Shown piece by piece: positions 35,996 through 46,399 of a DNA stretch of 47,165 bases. Within the stretch, counting starts at the first letter, position 1, and every line of letters begins with the position of its first letter. Source of the DNA: a virus (taxonomy: Duplodnaviria > Caudoviricetes); IMG/VR virus record IMGVR_UViG_3300012041_000011, positions 1 to 47,165 of that record; one strand, written 5' to 3'. The notes under the pieces were generated by a model. It was given only the letters and a program-made list of their open reading frames with translations, made no database searches and had not been told where the DNA came from. Both the position numbers and the translations under genes were made by a program.

Positions 35996-36349
35996 CTAAG
36001 GATGATCAGAAGCCGGAGGCTCTGTATCTTGCGAGTCTGCTGGAGGAATATGGTAGACGTCCATCTCTCTCGGAAGAGCAGGGGCCGGAGGAATAGACGT
36101 ATTTGAAAACGCGCAGGTGATGATCTCAGAGAACGTCTTTTCACTGTCAAGTGTCCGGAGATCAAATCGCATCACGCGCTTGTTCCTCGAACGGACGATG
36201 ATCGTTATCTTCGCCCCCTGCTTCATTGAAGTCCAAAGTACATACAAGTCTTCGGCAGAGTATGGCGTCTGAACCTCTACCAAGACGCCGAATTTGTCCT
36301 TGAAGTGAGCAGTAACGCCAACCATGAGATCACTAATTAGGCTCTTCAT
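35996..36349 (-). CDS. Hypothetical protein
   Basis: Probable start MKSLISD with ATGA overlap. Confidence 0.6.
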   Translation of the reverse strand: MKSLISDLMVGVTAHFKDKFGVLVEVQTPYSAEDLYVLWTSMKQGAKITIIVRSRNKRVMRFDLRTLDSEKTFSEIITCAFSNTSIPPAPALPREMDVYHIPPADSQDTEPPASDHP

Positions 36350-36552
36350 GGAGAAGCCCCCTCCTGGGGGTACTTCTTTTTCAAGTAGAATTGGAACAAG
36401 CTCTGAGAAGAGCCACTGTCTGTCCAGGCTTTGAATGTATCTTCGCATCCAGCAGAACAGAACTTCATCTCTCCTTCTTCAGAGACAGGAACCCCAAGGG
36501 GCCTGTCAAAAGAACAACACACCGCACAAGAATCTTTCATACTCTCCTCCAT
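36346..36552 (-). CDS. Small Zn-binding (TRASH/FCS-like) protein
   Basis: CAVC...FCSAGC. Confidence 0.6.
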   Translation of the reverse strand: MEESMKDSCAVCCSFDRPLGVPVSEEGEMKFCSAGCEDTFKAWTDSGSSQSLFQFYLKKKYPQEGASP

Positions 36553-36608
36553 GATCTACCCCATCGGCGGAGGAGGAATGCCGCCCATGAGATAGATGAG
36601 GGAAGAGG

Positions 36609-38489
36609 CTATTCTCTCTTCCTAGAAATGTTCAATTGAGTCGGTAGACGATATTTACCGTCTTCTTCCTGTTGTAACCCAAGAGCCGCTAGCGGGAGGG
36701 CGGCAAATGCTTCTACTGGGCCTTTATGGTCAGGCTTCACATCCACCTCAAACCAGCTTACTCCTTGTTCATCAGTTACGAGCTTCGCGCCGTATTTTCC
36801 TTTGAGATACTTCGCCACGTCTTTTTCGTAAAACTTGTAGATGGGGTCATGACTACCGAAGCTTACCCATGGCGCAGGCATTTGAACAATATGACCAATA
36901 GTTTCTTTGTTGTCTTCGAGTGCGTCAACAACTTTCAGCACCAACGCATCGCCTTCCACTGCTTGGATTTCGTAAGTGAACTCGTTAAAGCTCTCAAAGA
37001 TCTTATCTCCGACTTTAGTTGTTTCTTTCAACAACGGACTTCCAGATACAACATGAGAAAAAACATGTGGGTTGTCTCTATTTTCCAGGCCCTCAATCTG
37101 CATTGCAGTTTTCCCTGTTGGGAACTGAAGTTTCGTTTTTCCATCTTCTGCTGCTTTCTTCACTTCTTCTCGGATCATTCGGAAGTGAGCGGTGGGATCG
37201 TTGTATTGTTTGAGCTTCTTCGTAGCATCTATCGCCGCTTGTTGTGCATTTTTTGCACCCTTTGTACCTCCGCCGTAGCGATTGATAATCGAACCATACG
37301 ACTCGTCGGGGTTTTCGGCTTGGCGAAAAATATCAGTTGTCTCTTTTTCAAGATTCCCCTTCTGATACAAATCACTCTGCACCTCAATCACTCTCCGAGT
37401 AGAGTTGTCAGCCATGTCTTCTACACGGGTGTGGCCGAAGTAGTTCTTTACCTTCATATTACTCCCATCTTCAACGTTCCCCCAATGCACATCTCCAGCT
37501 GAGGTCTTGATAGGGCTTTCGAAAATATGCTCATCGTAGTCTTTCACAGCCCCACGAAGCTCATCAGGGAGTGAAATGTTCTCGTATCTACCAGTCATCT
37601 GACTATCTGAAACATGTTTCACCTTCAGTGGGAGCAATTCCGTCTTCACCTTCTCTGCGAACTCTTTCACGTTCACCTTATCTCCTTTTTGAGAGTCTAG
37701 GATGTTTCTTAGGAGATCTCTCTCGACCTGCTTCACATCTCCAGAGTTTGTGAGGTCTGAGATGAATTGCTTACTTACGATTGATTTACCTTTTAGTTTA
37801 TCTACAATCTTAGTTGTCAGATCTTTGAAGCCTTGGAAGGTGTCGGGGACTTTAGGCATCGCGGGAGACTTCTTCCCCATTGATTCCATCCACCCCTCTG
37901 CAGGCTTCTTACCTTTGAAGAGAGCAGCTTCTTCTGCGGCAGCTTCTTTATCTAAAAACTTCTTCACAGCTTTAGGGGATAGCTTCTTCGCTGCACCTCT
38001 CCCGACAGCTCCCAATTCTCCAGTCTGTCCCATCGTAGCGCCCATGATCTCGTTCCTTGAGACTTCAGCGGCTTCAGGGCTGAACGCAATTCCTCTCGCC
38101 CGAGCGGCTTCTGGCGTAGTCCCCTGTTTTATCCCCTGTTCTAACAAAGCCCCTTTTGTCCGTTGAGAGGCGACGAAGTCTTGAGGAGCAGACATAAGTT
38201 TCTGTGAAAGTGGACGGCTATCGAACATCTGTTGTTCAGCCTCGGATTTGGCTACTTGTCTCCGAGCAACGTCCATATCGGCTGGGAAGGCCATTGAAGA
38301 GGCTCCTGGAGTCACCGTGGAAGCCCCTGGAAGGCCTTTAGAGAGGTTTAGAACCGATGGAAGGCGTAAGTTACGTAACCAGTTCCCCGCACCCGTTACA
38401 GCGTCCTGTAGGGGCTTCTGCAGACCTCCTAAAAGAGGGCTAGATGAGCCTGTTGGATTTGGGGAGGAAAATGAGGAGATTTGTGGCAT
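36609..38489 (-). CDS. Putative ejected/internal virion protein with an uncharacterised domain
   Basis: 626 aa after two ejection-type genes; FGHTRVED...IEVQSD...QFPTG motifs. Confidence 0.65.
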   Translation of the reverse strand: MPQISSFSSPNPTGSSSPLLGGLQKPLQDAVTGAGNWLRNLRLPSVLNLSKGLPGASTVTPGASSMAFPADMDVARRQVAKSEAEQQMFDSRPLSQKLMSAPQDFVASQRTKGALLEQGIKQGTTPEAARARGIAFSPEAAEVSRNEIMGATMGQTGELGAVGRGAAKKLSPKAVKKFLDKEAAAEEAALFKGKKPAEGWMESMGKKSPAMPKVPDTFQGFKDLTTKIVDKLKGKSIVSKQFISDLTNSGDVKQVERDLLRNILDSQKGDKVNVKEFAEKVKTELLPLKVKHVSDSQMTGRYENISLPDELRGAVKDYDEHIFESPIKTSAGDVHWGNVEDGSNMKVKNYFGHTRVEDMADNSTRRVIEVQSDLYQKGNLEKETTDIFRQAENPDESYGSIINRYGGGTKGAKNAQQAAIDATKKLKQYNDPTAHFRMIREEVKKAAEDGKTKLQFPTGKTAMQIEGLENRDNPHVFSHVVSGSPLLKETTKVGDKIFESFNEFTYEIQAVEGDALVLKVVDALEDNKETIGHIVQMPAPWVSFGSHDPIYKFYEKDVAKYLKGKYGAKLVTDEQGVSWFEVDVKPDHKGPVEAFAALPLAALGLQQEEDGKYRLPTQLNISRKRE

Positions 38490-38515
38490 ATTTTAGACGG
38501 GGTTGGGGCGGGGGC

Positions 38516-38544
38516 TTGCTTTTTTCTGAGAAAAGAGGTATAGT
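38516..38544 (+). promoter_or_regulatory. Copy of the early promoter, antisense to the virion operon
   Basis: TTGCTT-N17-TATAGT followed by GT, as at 24925-24953. Confidence 0.75.
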
Positions 38545-38576
38545 GTCAAGTCACTCAATAATCAACCACAAAATAT

Positions 38577-38633
38577 ATGATCTACGGAATTATCATTGTT
38601 ATCTGTTACTCAATCTACAAGGCTCTTGACTAA
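38577..38633 (+). CDS. 18-aa hydrophobic peptide MIYGIIIVICYSIYKALD
   Basis: Own promoter; aaaatatATG context like the capsid gene. Confidence 0.55.
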   Translation: MIYGIIIVICYSIYKALD

Positions 38634-40148
38634 TCACTCCCCGATTAGAGACTTTCCGCCTTCAAAAGCCGCGCCAAGCCCAACAGCGGTCGCGCCCATC
38701 TTACCGATACTAGAAGCGGTGGGGTGGGCTTTTTTGAATCTTGAAAGTCTTGTACTTCCAATCTCCTTAGCTCCTTTTTCGGCGATATTTTCCATCGCAT
38801 CGTACATTCTCGTCATCTTCTTCATACCCTCCTTGAATTTGTTATCCGTGACACCAGTTTCATTGATGATGAAATCATTGATAGTCTTTCGAGTGTCTTT
38901 GATCGCCTGTGTGACTGCTGTGTCTTTTTCTGCTTGATACAATCTTGGGAAGTCTTTCTTCACTGCAGCGTCAAATTCCTTTCTAGCTGCCCAAAGTCCT
39001 TCCATCGTTTTAGGATGTTTCGCAATGATCTTCATCGCCCGAGCGCGGACTAAGTCGTAACTTTTTTCTAGAACTGTATCAGCTTTGAACAATTCAGGCA
39101 TTTCCTGATCCCGGATTCTTGCATTGATAGTCGCCTGATTGAAGGGCTTCTTGCTATTCTTCAAAAATGGCTTCACTTCGTTCTCAGCGATATTTTCGAT
39201 AGCAGAATCAATAGCATCTACATTCTCTTGAGCTGTCTTCTTTGGATTCACAATTCCTTTCACAGACGCTGCGACTTCTTTATCTGCTTCTCCAGGAACA
39301 ACTTTGATTTCTCCTCTAAGACCGGTAATTTCTGTCGATCTACCCTTCTCCCCGAGAATGGCAGCCTTCCCAACCTTTGGTGTAGGCTTCGCTGGCATCA
39401 CATATTCAGCTAGCTTTGCCTCCGCTTTTCTAGCGGCGTTCTTTTCGAGTGAAGTGGCTGCGCCCTTCACAATGTTTTTACCTTCTACTCCTGCGGCTCC
39501 AGCTGGGGCAGAAAGGGCTGTTTCAACTGCCTGTGTCCCCATTTCTAATGGCGTCATCACATCACCACCAGCGTCTCTTTGATCACCAGAAGGCATTTTC
39601 ACCTCTCCGATCCCTGGGAGATTGAAAGGTTTTAGCAGTTCATTACGAACGTCCTCTTGGCCTGTCAGTCCAGCGTATTCTGCCGCGAGCCCTCTGGGAA
39701 GTTGGGCGACGGCCTTTATCGGAGCTTCTACGGCCCCCTTCGCTAAATCCGTTGCTTGCTCTCTCTTTTTAGAATCAGCGAGAACCCCGCCAAGAGGCCC
39801 GAATAACCCTTCCGCGACAACGTTCTTTGTTGTATCAACTGCTGCCTTCATCCAAGGATGAGAATCTAACCAGCCTTGTTTAGAATTATCTTGTTTTGTG
39901 ACTGTAGGGATTACAGGATCGCGTTGCGGAACATATGGTTTGAATCCAGATGCAGGCTGAGTCGTTTGTGAGTTCTGAGAATATGAACTACCGAATCTAC
40001 TAGACCCCGAAGAGTTCACAGATGTCTGAGGAGAAGCTTGAGAGGCCTGTTGCGCAGGCTGCGCGGCTGGTTGTTGGGCTGATTGCTGAACTGGTTGTTG
40101 AGCCGACGCGCCTGTCTTTTCTCTAGGATTGTATGGAATGAATGGCAT
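38634..40148 (-). CDS. DNA ejection/internal virion protein
   Basis: Low-complexity N-terminus, helical Ala/Lys-rich body, C-terminal Gly-rich hydrophobic segment; podovirus gene order. Confidence 0.65.
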   Translation of the reverse strand: MPFIPYNPREKTGASAQQPVQQSAQQPAAQPAQQASQASPQTSVNSSGSSRFGSSYSQNSQTTQPASGFKPYVPQRDPVIPTVTKQDNSKQGWLDSHPWMKAAVDTTKNVVAEGLFGPLGGVLADSKKREQATDLAKGAVEAPIKAVAQLPRGLAAEYAGLTGQEDVRNELLKPFNLPGIGEVKMPSGDQRDAGGDVMTPLEMGTQAVETALSAPAGAAGVEGKNIVKGAATSLEKNAARKAEAKLAEYVMPAKPTPKVGKAAILGEKGRSTEITGLRGEIKVVPGEADKEVAASVKGIVNPKKTAQENVDAIDSAIENIAENEVKPFLKNSKKPFNQATINARIRDQEMPELFKADTVLEKSYDLVRARAMKIIAKHPKTMEGLWAARKEFDAAVKKDFPRLYQAEKDTAVTQAIKDTRKTINDFIINETGVTDNKFKEGMKKMTRMYDAMENIAEKGAKEIGSTRLSRFKKAHPTASSIGKMGATAVGLGAAFEGGKSLIGE

Positions 40149-40157
40149 ATCTATTGG

Positions 40158-43100
40158 TTAGAGTTTTGTATAGATAGAAGAGTCAAACTCCGTCAGAGGG
40201 ATAGACCCGACATTTCCTTCCCTATCTTGCACCCAGATAGAACCGGCAGGAGGGTTTTCTTTTGGCTTCACATATGCACCGACATCGAACCCTGAATCCC
40301 TATAGGCATTGATGTAGGAATTATGTTTCGCAGTCAGAAGTTCTCGGATACCTTCCAATTTATCTCTCGCGACCTCTGGAGTGTCCGTTAGTTGAGGGAG
40401 CATCTTTCTGTACTTGATTTCATCCTCAGCGCGCAGGACTCCCCCTTCAAGATATGAACCGATAATCTGTGTAGCTCGTTTGAAGTTATCCTGGACTGTA
40501 GCTCCTTCAGCGAGAGGGTTATTCGATTCCCACACCCCTCTAACTGGTCCAAATAACTTTTCGTTATTATTGATCAGATCTTCAAGCTCAGTGAGAAGCG
40601 GGCCTTCTGTGAGATTTCTCCCCCCAGCGAGAGTGTTCGATTGACCAGATTCAAGAGGCCTTGTCTTCTTTTCAGTTTCCTTAAGCCGCTTCTCTTGTTC
40701 CTTTGCATACCAGGCTTCAGCATTCGCTCGATCAGTCTTCCCAACCGGAACACCCTCCTTATCTACCCCATACTGCCACTTTTTACCTGGGTTCGCTTCT
40801 AGGTACTGAGCGTATAAAGACGGTTCAGCAGATTCATCTTGCTTAGGCGCATTTCGGTTAGGCGTTACTGCGTGATTATCCGCTGTACGCATTTCTACGT
40901 GGAGGTGATTCCCTGTTGAGAACCCAGTGTTACCTGAAAGCCCGACGGACATTGAAGGATCAACAATCTGCCCCATCTCTACACCAATCTCAGATAGGTG
41001 GCCGAATCGATAAATCGCCCCAGTGTCGATATCCTGCACATCTACGTAATTCCCATAATCGTTGTTAGATCCAGAAGATCGTTTCAAGTTCCCGTTATAC
41101 TTATGAACTCCAACAACCTTTCCGTTGATCTGTGGAGTCATTACTTCTGTCCCATCAGGCATCGCCACATCCCAGCCTGTCAAGTTCTTATGAGAGAATC
41201 CCTCTCCGGGTTCTTGAGTGACTCTAAAACCTTGTGCAGTTAGGCCATTCACGTAAGAAGTCGCAGTGCCGAGCGCTGCGTCTCCTTCACCGTATTGCCC
41301 TGAATTGAAAACTTCAGTTTCTGTGTCAGTGTTTGGATCGTAAACTGTCCATCTACCAGTTTCAGGATTGATTTGCGGGGCTACGTAATGTTCACCGATA
41401 TATTGTGCGTTCACCACATTCCCTTGGGTGTCTTTCGCAAGGATATACTGACCCGGAGGTCCATACTTGTTCGTCCCCAGTGTGGCAGTGAATGTTTCTG
41501 TCTTCCCGCTCATAGACATCTGACCAGTGATGGCGAGACTCCCCCCATCTGGGAGTGGGAGGTTCATCGTTTCTCCGATCGGAAGCCCTGCGGCGATATC
41601 TACCGCGCTCTTATACACATCTGCCATGTCCTTGGCATTCTGAATATTCACAGATTTTTGCGCAGTATACATCATCGCTTTCATCTGAGAAACACTCACA
41701 CCATTCTCTGCTGAGAGGGCCTGATATGTCTCATCTGGGATGTCTTCAGGTTTTGCACCGCTTTCGATCATCATCTTCGCGCTCTCGAGCGCAGACTTCT
41801 GATTAAGTTCTCTCTCTTGGAGGTCCAGCTGGCGCATCTGTTTCTTGAACTGCATCTTCTGCATCAACTGATTCTCGAACGTGGTCTTTACTTCCTGCTG
41901 CTTCATCAAGAGATCTGTATACTCTTTTCTCCGGCTCTCAGCGAATTCAAGTTTCTTGAAGGCTAATTCTAGATCATTATCTTCGAATGCCATCGTCGCT
42001 TCATTGACAGCTTTCCGTTCAGAATTCGCAATATCCCTTAGCGCTCTTTCTCCTCCGGAGATCGTATCTCTGAGGTATTGCATCTCTTGAGTAGACCCCG
42101 TCGCGCCGAGAGATGCCATTCTGGTCTTGACCATCGCTTCAGCCTGCTTGTTGGCGATTTTTTGGTCTTCGATCTGTTGTTCGGCCTGAGCGTGGATATC
42201 TCCGACGTTTGCTTTGTATCTCGCTTCAGATCTAGTCTTCTGGTCATCCAGAAGTTTGCTCATCTCATCATTCGTATCCTGAAGAGACGTTGCCTGGGCC
42301 TTAATTGAATCCAAAATCTCCTGGACTTCAGGCGGGTACTGTGTTGTCCATTCTTCGCCCTCTCCCGCTCCGTTCGTTTGGTCGAACGAAGACACGCCAC
42401 TCTTCGAATTCGCATGTGGCAAAGGGTTTTCAAGTGCTGAAGTAATCCCTGCTCCGATCATTTCTGCTGCTAAATCTGTATCCTCAGAAGTTATCACTCC
42501 TTTATTCGGCGAAGCGAACATTGTCGTGATCGCCGCTTTCTGATCAGCAGTAAAAATGTTCCCTTTTGTAGGATCCCAGCCTCCGTAGAAATTGTTCGTA
42601 AGTGGGTCTTTGTACGTCCCAGATGCTGGGTCGTACACCACGCCCATTCGTTGAGACGTGTACGGCTGCCCCGTGGCTGGGTCTACAGCAGCCCCAGGAG
42701 AAGCTACCTGACCTGCTTCGAATGCCTTCGCTCTTGCATGTCTCTTTTTCGCCTCTTCGAGAGAGATCCCGTTCATCTTCATCACATCATAGATCTCTCT
42801 CTCATATTGAGAGGCTCCAGCTGGGAGCTGAGGTGTGGCCCCGGGAACTTGTGAGTATGTAGAAGGAGGGGCAGAAGGTTGAGCTGCTCCCACGGGCATC
42901 CCGTTCAAGCCTTGATTCACAACTCTGTCCCACTTCCCAGAAACTTGGTTCCACACATTCGATTCTCCTGCAGAAGCCACAGGTGCTGGAGGAGGGGCCG
43001 TGGCGGCTGCCGCAGCTACCGGGATGTTTGAGGTAGACGGAGGAACAGGGTTCTTCGGCGCAGCCGTAACAGGAGCGTTATATGCTTTCTTACCAGCAGC

Positions 43101-43226
43101 TTCACTCATCTGTTGCGCTGTGAGTCCTTGTGAGTTCACAGGCGCAGGTGCGGAAGGGACATTAGGATCTGCGACTGGCTGAGTAGTTGGGATGACTGCG
43201 TTTGTTTGTCCGGAGGTTGTTGCCAT
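40158..43226 (-). CDS. Ejection/internal virion protein with coiled coil and M23 peptidase domain
   Basis: SH...GWD, YGNYV, FGHL, SGNTGFSTGNHLH. Confidence 0.8.
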   Translation of the reverse strand: MATTSGQTNAVIPTTQPVADPNVPSAPAPVNSQGLTAQQMSEAAGKKAYNAPVTAAPKNPVPPSTSNIPVAAAAATAPPPAPVASAGESNVWNQVSGKWDRVVNQGLNGMPVGAAQPSAPPSTYSQVPGATPQLPAGASQYEREIYDVMKMNGISLEEAKKRHARAKAFEAGQVASPGAAVDPATGQPYTSQRMGVVYDPASGTYKDPLTNNFYGGWDPTKGNIFTADQKAAITTMFASPNKGVITSEDTDLAAEMIGAGITSALENPLPHANSKSGVSSFDQTNGAGEGEEWTTQYPPEVQEILDSIKAQATSLQDTNDEMSKLLDDQKTRSEARYKANVGDIHAQAEQQIEDQKIANKQAEAMVKTRMASLGATGSTQEMQYLRDTISGGERALRDIANSERKAVNEATMAFEDNDLELAFKKLEFAESRRKEYTDLLMKQQEVKTTFENQLMQKMQFKKQMRQLDLQERELNQKSALESAKMMIESGAKPEDIPDETYQALSAENGVSVSQMKAMMYTAQKSVNIQNAKDMADVYKSAVDIAAGLPIGETMNLPLPDGGSLAITGQMSMSGKTETFTATLGTNKYGPPGQYILAKDTQGNVVNAQYIGEHYVAPQINPETGRWTVYDPNTDTETEVFNSGQYGEGDAALGTATSYVNGLTAQGFRVTQEPGEGFSHKNLTGWDVAMPDGTEVMTPQINGKVVGVHKYNGNLKRSSGSNNDYGNYVDVQDIDTGAIYRFGHLSEIGVEMGQIVDPSMSVGLSGNTGFSTGNHLHVEMRTADNHAVTPNRNAPKQDESAEPSLYAQYLEANPGKKWQYGVDKEGVPVGKTDRANAEAWYAKEQEKRLKETEKKTRPLESGQSNTLAGGRNLTEGPLLTELEDLINNNEKLFGPVRGVWESNNPLAEGATVQDNFKRATQIIGSYLEGGVLRAEDEIKYRKMLPQLTDTPEVARDKLEGIRELLTAKHNSYINAYRDSGFDVGAYVKPKENPPAGSIWVQDREGNVGSIPLTEFDSSIYTKL

Positions 43227-43238
43227 ATTAATGTGTGG

Positions 43239-45164
43239 CTATGAGGATAACGCGCTATAGGTAGTAGAAGGCTTCTTGAACGAAGTCTCCTTCACATTAG
43301 GCCCAAACGCGATGATCTTGAAGAAGTTCGCAGTCTCAATCATAAACTGAATATTGTAAAACGGTCGTCGCTTAGTGGTGAGAACAAGACGAAACCTAGC
43401 CGCCCCGCTGGGTGAGGTCGGATCCGCCCCGAACGGCGCCACTCCGAACGGCTGATCTCCAAATGGGCCGATAGAAGATGGGCTATAGAAGAACTGCCCC
43501 TGTGTTCCGGTGAGCGTCCCAGAACGAGACTCAGCACCATCATCATAAATGACTGTAAAAGTAGCTGAACCGTTACCAGCCATCTCCCCCTCTACGTAGT
43601 ATTGATCGAACTCTTTTCTAACATCCTTCTTCCCATACGTATTCTTATTAAAAATAAACGTAGAGTTGATCGGAATACCTTCATCTTGCACTTCCTGGTT
43701 CAAATCAGAAAGATAATCCTGATCCCCTGTCCATAATTGGAGAGTATCTGGGGAAGTGGCTAGAGTCCCGTAGATGTTAGATTCATACACAAAATAAGAC
43801 GCAATCGGCATCCCAACCCAAGGCGGTTCCCAGCAACTATATCTTTGATTGTAGACTAGCTGCAAATCGTTCGTAGAAGAATCTGTTCCTTCTTTACAAG
43901 AAACAAACGCCCTACCCTTCCACCCGATTCCAGCCGTTTCTGTATCAAAAGGAATGATATCCGTTAGGGCTTTGATCGGGTCAGAGATAGGAAGAGACTG
44001 AGGATAATCAACCGTCTGTACCCGAGCGATGTCTTGAATAGTCCTTGTTGGAGAAACAAAGAAAATTGCGTTGTCTGCCTTAAAGACCCCTAGTGCTGAG
44101 ACAGAACCAGAATCCCCAGAACTCTTTTCATCGTAAGCAGTTTTGGATCTGATTTGAACAATATCGTTCCCATCTTGGCTGAAGGTTAAGTCCTTCACTG
44201 TGGCGGGTTTGAAGATATAGTGGTCTTCTTCGAACTGAACCATTCCCGTCACATTCCCTCCTCCTTCTGCGATATTGATAATAAACCCATCTGTCGCCGC
44301 GCGAGGAGAGCTGAACGTGAAATCCGTTGGGTCGTCGGTCTTGCTCCCGTACACAGCTCCGCCCCCCGCGAACCCAGAAGAGTTCAAAACGTTAGCGACT
44401 AACACACGAGCATTATCAGATGCGAGGAGGACGTTTCCTTTCGGGGCTGAAGCATACTGCGTCGGAGTTTGAGTGATCGCCATTCCAGAGACCAGCGGTG
44501 TAGACCCATCAAGCCCGTTATTCGGGTCAGGAGTGACTCCGGTGAATGTCCCCATAGACACGCCTGTGTATGCGAACGTCCGTACTTTATCAGCTGTAGA
44601 CAACTGGATATTTCCGGTAGGAGTAAAGAGCGCAGCGGCCAGCCCGAACGAACTCTGCGTAGTGATGGTTGTTGCTGACCATTGTGAAACGAGGTCAACT
44701 GCGCCATTCCAGATACGGTAGTTATCCGTCCCATTACACATCACCATCTTATTGAAGTTGTCACTGTTCAAGTCATTTGTGGCGAACCCAAACTGCAGGT
44801 CTGTTGTAAACCCTGATTCGAGGATAACCCAATCTGGCCAACCATTAGCCCCAATTAGAGCATTCTGTTGAGGATGAAGGTAACGGGTATACGTGCTGAA
44901 GGAATTGATCGGGATCTCGAACCCATCTCTTCGTCTCAGTCGAGCAGAGGAAGTCGTCCCACCTGTTAGAGCTGTGAGAGGAGTGCCTAAAAACCGCGAC
45001 CCATAACGAGTGCGGGGCTTCCCGTCATCGTCAATGATCACGTTAAATGAACCATTCACCATGGATCCGTCCTCGACCTCATCAAGCTGAAGTTTGTTCT
45101 GATATCCAGCAGTAAAAAGCTGAGTAAGTCGAAAATGTTCTTGGGCGTTTCCCTCGTATGGCAT
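43239..45164 (-). CDS. Tail tube/stabilisation protein (P22 gp10 / T7 gp12-like)
   Basis: 641 aa, beta-rich; FNV...TRYG N-terminus; gene order. Confidence 0.7.
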   Translation of the reverse strand: MPYEGNAQEHFRLTQLFTAGYQNKLQLDEVEDGSMVNGSFNVIIDDDGKPRTRYGSRFLGTPLTALTGGTTSSARLRRRDGFEIPINSFSTYTRYLHPQQNALIGANGWPDWVILESGFTTDLQFGFATNDLNSDNFNKMVMCNGTDNYRIWNGAVDLVSQWSATTITTQSSFGLAAALFTPTGNIQLSTADKVRTFAYTGVSMGTFTGVTPDPNNGLDGSTPLVSGMAITQTPTQYASAPKGNVLLASDNARVLVANVLNSSGFAGGGAVYGSKTDDPTDFTFSSPRAATDGFIINIAEGGGNVTGMVQFEEDHYIFKPATVKDLTFSQDGNDIVQIRSKTAYDEKSSGDSGSVSALGVFKADNAIFFVSPTRTIQDIARVQTVDYPQSLPISDPIKALTDIIPFDTETAGIGWKGRAFVSCKEGTDSSTNDLQLVYNQRYSCWEPPWVGMPIASYFVYESNIYGTLATSPDTLQLWTGDQDYLSDLNQEVQDEGIPINSTFIFNKNTYGKKDVRKEFDQYYVEGEMAGNGSATFTVIYDDGAESRSGTLTGTQGQFFYSPSSIGPFGDQPFGVAPFGADPTSPSGAARFRLVLTTKRRPFYNIQFMIETANFFKIIAFGPNVKETSFKKPSTTYSALSS

Positions 45165-45165
45165 A

Positions 45166-46398
45166 TCAATTTAGGAAGTTCTGAAGTTGTTCGGTTTCCA
45201 TATAGGCCGTGACAGGAATCTCGCGTTGTGATGCAAACTTCTCCTTCAAGTCTTCTTCTAGCTTCTCTCTACGGTCTCGATGGAACATGGCTTTGTTAGG
45301 ATCGATGTCATACATCACGAAGACATTCTCCATCAGATCATATGTCAACCAATCAATGAACTCATCATCACAATTGAAGTAGCTAGAAGTATCGTTCTCA
45401 TCATCGAAACTTTCTTTCGGGAGTCCGGTGGTTCCATCGATAACAAGATATCCGGAATAATAATGCCAGTCACAAAGCTTTTGTTCTCGCATGTAAATTC
45501 CGTTAATACACAATCCTGTCTGGTCTGTCATTCCTGCTGGATACGTAGCCCTGAAGAGAAGATAATCAATAGCAGAATTATCTGGTGTTCCTGTCGTTTG
45601 TGCGGAAGTGACAGTAGACCAATCAAACGCGAGTGTGTTCCATCCCTGAACGAACGCTCCTCCGTTCTGTTGAGCAGTCACTGTCAGTTCGTAGTAATTC
45701 GAAGAATCAGATCCCCAGCGCATTGTAAATGAGGTGTATTGAGTCGTCACTGAAGGCAGATACACCCAGACCGTAAGTTTCCCTACATCTTGAATTGAGC
45801 TTGCTGATAGATCTACCGAGGTCATCGTTGAATTCGTAATCTCTGCGAAGTCATTCACCGATTGTGAAACATCGATATCGAAAGAAACAGACCCTGCTCC
45901 TGTCTTGAAGAGGAGAGTGTTTGTTCTGACGTTTGCCGCATCTGAAGCGGCGGTAGCGACCCAAGTCCCCTGCCCTGCACCCGTATACTCTGAGGCTTGG
46001 TTAACAGTCGCGACTGTAAGAGCAGGGGTGACGAGGTTGATCAATGCTAACCAGTTCGCCCCATTCCGAGATTCTGAGTATGAATTGATATTCAAAAATC
46101 TTCGCCAGAAATCTGCTTCTCGTTCTACTCTGTAGAAGTCATAGTTATCCGGAACAACCCCAGGCCCAGTGATCGCTGCATAATCTTCATATCCTGCAGG
46201 GATGGCATACTCGTAAATCCCACTCATCAAGAACACAGGTGTCTTATACATCTGTGTTGGGAGTTCCATGTGTCTACGTGCACGCCGAAGAGCCTCATTC
46301 AGGAACAGTGTGATGTTCGCCGTAGATAGAGTCCCATTTGACGAATCAACAATTCGTGTGTTCGCTTGGGTGAAATAGTCCTGAAGAGTGAATGGCAT
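45166..46398 (-). CDS. Head-tail adaptor (gp4/gp11-like) with an inserted beta-sandwich
   Basis: FLNEALRR...YEYAIP adaptor-type N-terminus; central GWNTLAFDW...IDYL insert. Confidence 0.6.
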   Translation of the reverse strand: MPFTLQDYFTQANTRIVDSSNGTLSTANITLFLNEALRRARRHMELPTQMYKTPVFLMSGIYEYAIPAGYEDYAAITGPGVVPDNYDFYRVEREADFWRRFLNINSYSESRNGANWLALINLVTPALTVATVNQASEYTGAGQGTWVATAASDAANVRTNTLLFKTGAGSVSFDIDVSQSVNDFAEITNSTMTSVDLSASSIQDVGKLTVWVYLPSVTTQYTSFTMRWGSDSSNYYELTVTAQQNGGAFVQGWNTLAFDWSTVTSAQTTGTPDNSAIDYLLFRATYPAGMTDQTGLCINGIYMREQKLCDWHYYSGYLVIDGTTGLPKESFDDENDTSSYFNCDDEFIDWLTYDLMENVFVMYDIDPNKAMFHRDRREKLEEDLKEKFASQREIPVTAYMETEQLQNFLN

Positions 46399-46399
46399 A

